Positions 63,443 to 64,000 of a DNA stretch of 64,000 bases are shown here, piece after piece (position 1 is the first letter of the stretch; each line of letters begins with the position of its first letter). Source of the DNA: Pseudobutyrivibrio sp. (GTDB lineage Bacteria > Bacillota > Clostridia > Lachnospirales > Lachnospiraceae); contig NZ_SVEV01000009.1 in the NCBI RefSeq assembly GCF_015057185.1, positions 19,672-83,671 of the forward strand, given 5' to 3'. The notes beneath the pieces were generated by a model. That model did no database searches, was not told the DNA's origin, and saw only the letters and a list, made by a program, of their open reading frames with translations. Both the position numbers and the translations under genes were made by a program.

Positions 63443-64000
63443 AAAAGCTTCCACAACTTCATTAACCCAAGGAGTCTCAGGTTTTCTTTCAGGTCTATTA
63501 GTAAAAACAACTGGTATACCATTGAAAGAACCAGTATGGTTGATTTGTTCTGATTTACATTCGGTTAAATCTGAAAAAAGGTCTGCGAAAGTGTAATTTT
63601 CTTTCCAATCAACCCAACCAGTCCAGCCTGTTATAGCAAGGATACATGTAGGGTTCAATTGCTTAATCTCGAGTTCTAATAGTTTTTTACATATTTCAAA
63701 TTGTAATTTACATAGACGATTATTGGGGTTACCTGAAACAGAAGGTGTAATACGATAAAGATTTGTCCAAGCTAAAGAATCACGCCAGTTATCATTATAG
63801 GAAGATGAAAATAATTCATTCCAAACTCGTTTGGTTACTCTCCAAAAAGAAGAGTTTGTGAGATTTGGAATATATGAACAGGAATCTGAACTATGTAGAT
63901 ACTGGAGAAAAGAATCTTCAGAATTCATGTAAGTTTCATGATTCCAACCATTGGGACAACGACCAATAACGAGCATTCTGTTTTCACATTGTTTATAGAG
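63428..64000 (-). CDS. Uracil-DNA-glycosylase-superfamily-like protein with non-canonical motifs (N-terminus probably beyond window)
   Basis: The frame stays open from ATG 63976 to the window end. The pattern MLVIGRCPNGW ... TNLYRITPSVSGNPNNRLCKLQFEICKKLLELEIKQLNPTCILAITG ... VVFTNRPE resembles the family-4-type UDG fold layout. Confidence 0.4.
   Translation of the reverse strand, partial: LYKQCENRMLVIGRCPNGWNHETYMNSEDSFLQYLHSSDSCSYIPNLTNSSFWRVTKRVWNELFSSSYNDNWRDSLAWTNLYRITPSVSGNPNNRLCKLQFEICKKLLELEIKQLNPTCILAITGWTGWVDWKENYTFADLFSDLTECKSEQINHTGSFNGIPVVFTNRPERKPETPWVNEVVEAFLNPK

Overview
This 64 kb window looks like a low-GC Firmicutes chromosome segment. Gene content and synteny resemble Clostridia/Lachnospiraceae, but I cannot verify the taxon from the sequence alone. 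Nearly all genes are on the + strand; the only confident minus-strand genes are accessory (Rpn-like nuclease, AraC regulator, UDG-like protein).

Gene order:
- 1-10.4 kb: atpA(partial)-atpG-atpD-atpC, a small coiled-coil ORF, a GreA paralogue, pepD, pfkA, dnaX-ybaB-recR.
- 10.4-11.6 kb: an Rpn/PD-(D/E)XK 'transposase_31'-like gene plus a zinc-ribbon gene remnant.
- 11.7-17.0 kb: a 970-aa acidic protein, flagellin and fliS.
- 17.0-26.1 kb: an 11-gene Tad/Flp-type pilus locus. It includes an unlisted 59-aa Flp pilin, two A24 peptidases, a degenerate CpaE-like protein, a Cys-rich TadE-like protein and an FHA protein.
- 26.2-31.7 kb: secA, a methyltransferase, a hypothetical protein and an AraC regulator.
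- 31.8-36.5 kb: dapF-murE-dapA, a rhomboid protease and a DinJ-YafQ toxin-antitoxin pair beside a DinJ remnant.
- 36.9-42.5 kb: a flavodoxin/SCP2 protein, a HIT protein, a lipoprotein serpin, murG, a CheY-like receiver and an SH3/SleB-like hydrolase.
- 42.6-52.6 kb: argF (with tandem ARG boxes)-birA-orf-coaX-dusB, greA, a MATE transporter, lysS fused to a tRNA-binding domain, and an amino-acid permease.
- 52.8-56.8 kb: a TagF-like/beta-propeller protein plus a TagD-oxidoreductase fusion.
- 57-64 kb: an accessory, defence-island-like stretch with an AAA-ATPase/PDDEXK protein, decayed gene fragments, HipBA, an Arch_ATPase/DUF234-type ATPase, possibly frameshifted small ORFs and a truncated UDG-like gene.

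I saw no rRNA, tRNA, CRISPR array or clear IS element.

The most interesting leads are:
- the non-canonical Tad locus;
- two in-phase A-AAA-AAG heptamers at the tau/gamma boundary of dnaX;
- the orphan CDP-polyol/glycopolymer module;
- the flagellin leader with CsrA-like sites;
- the 57-64 kb island.

None of these can be shown to be truly novel without database searches.
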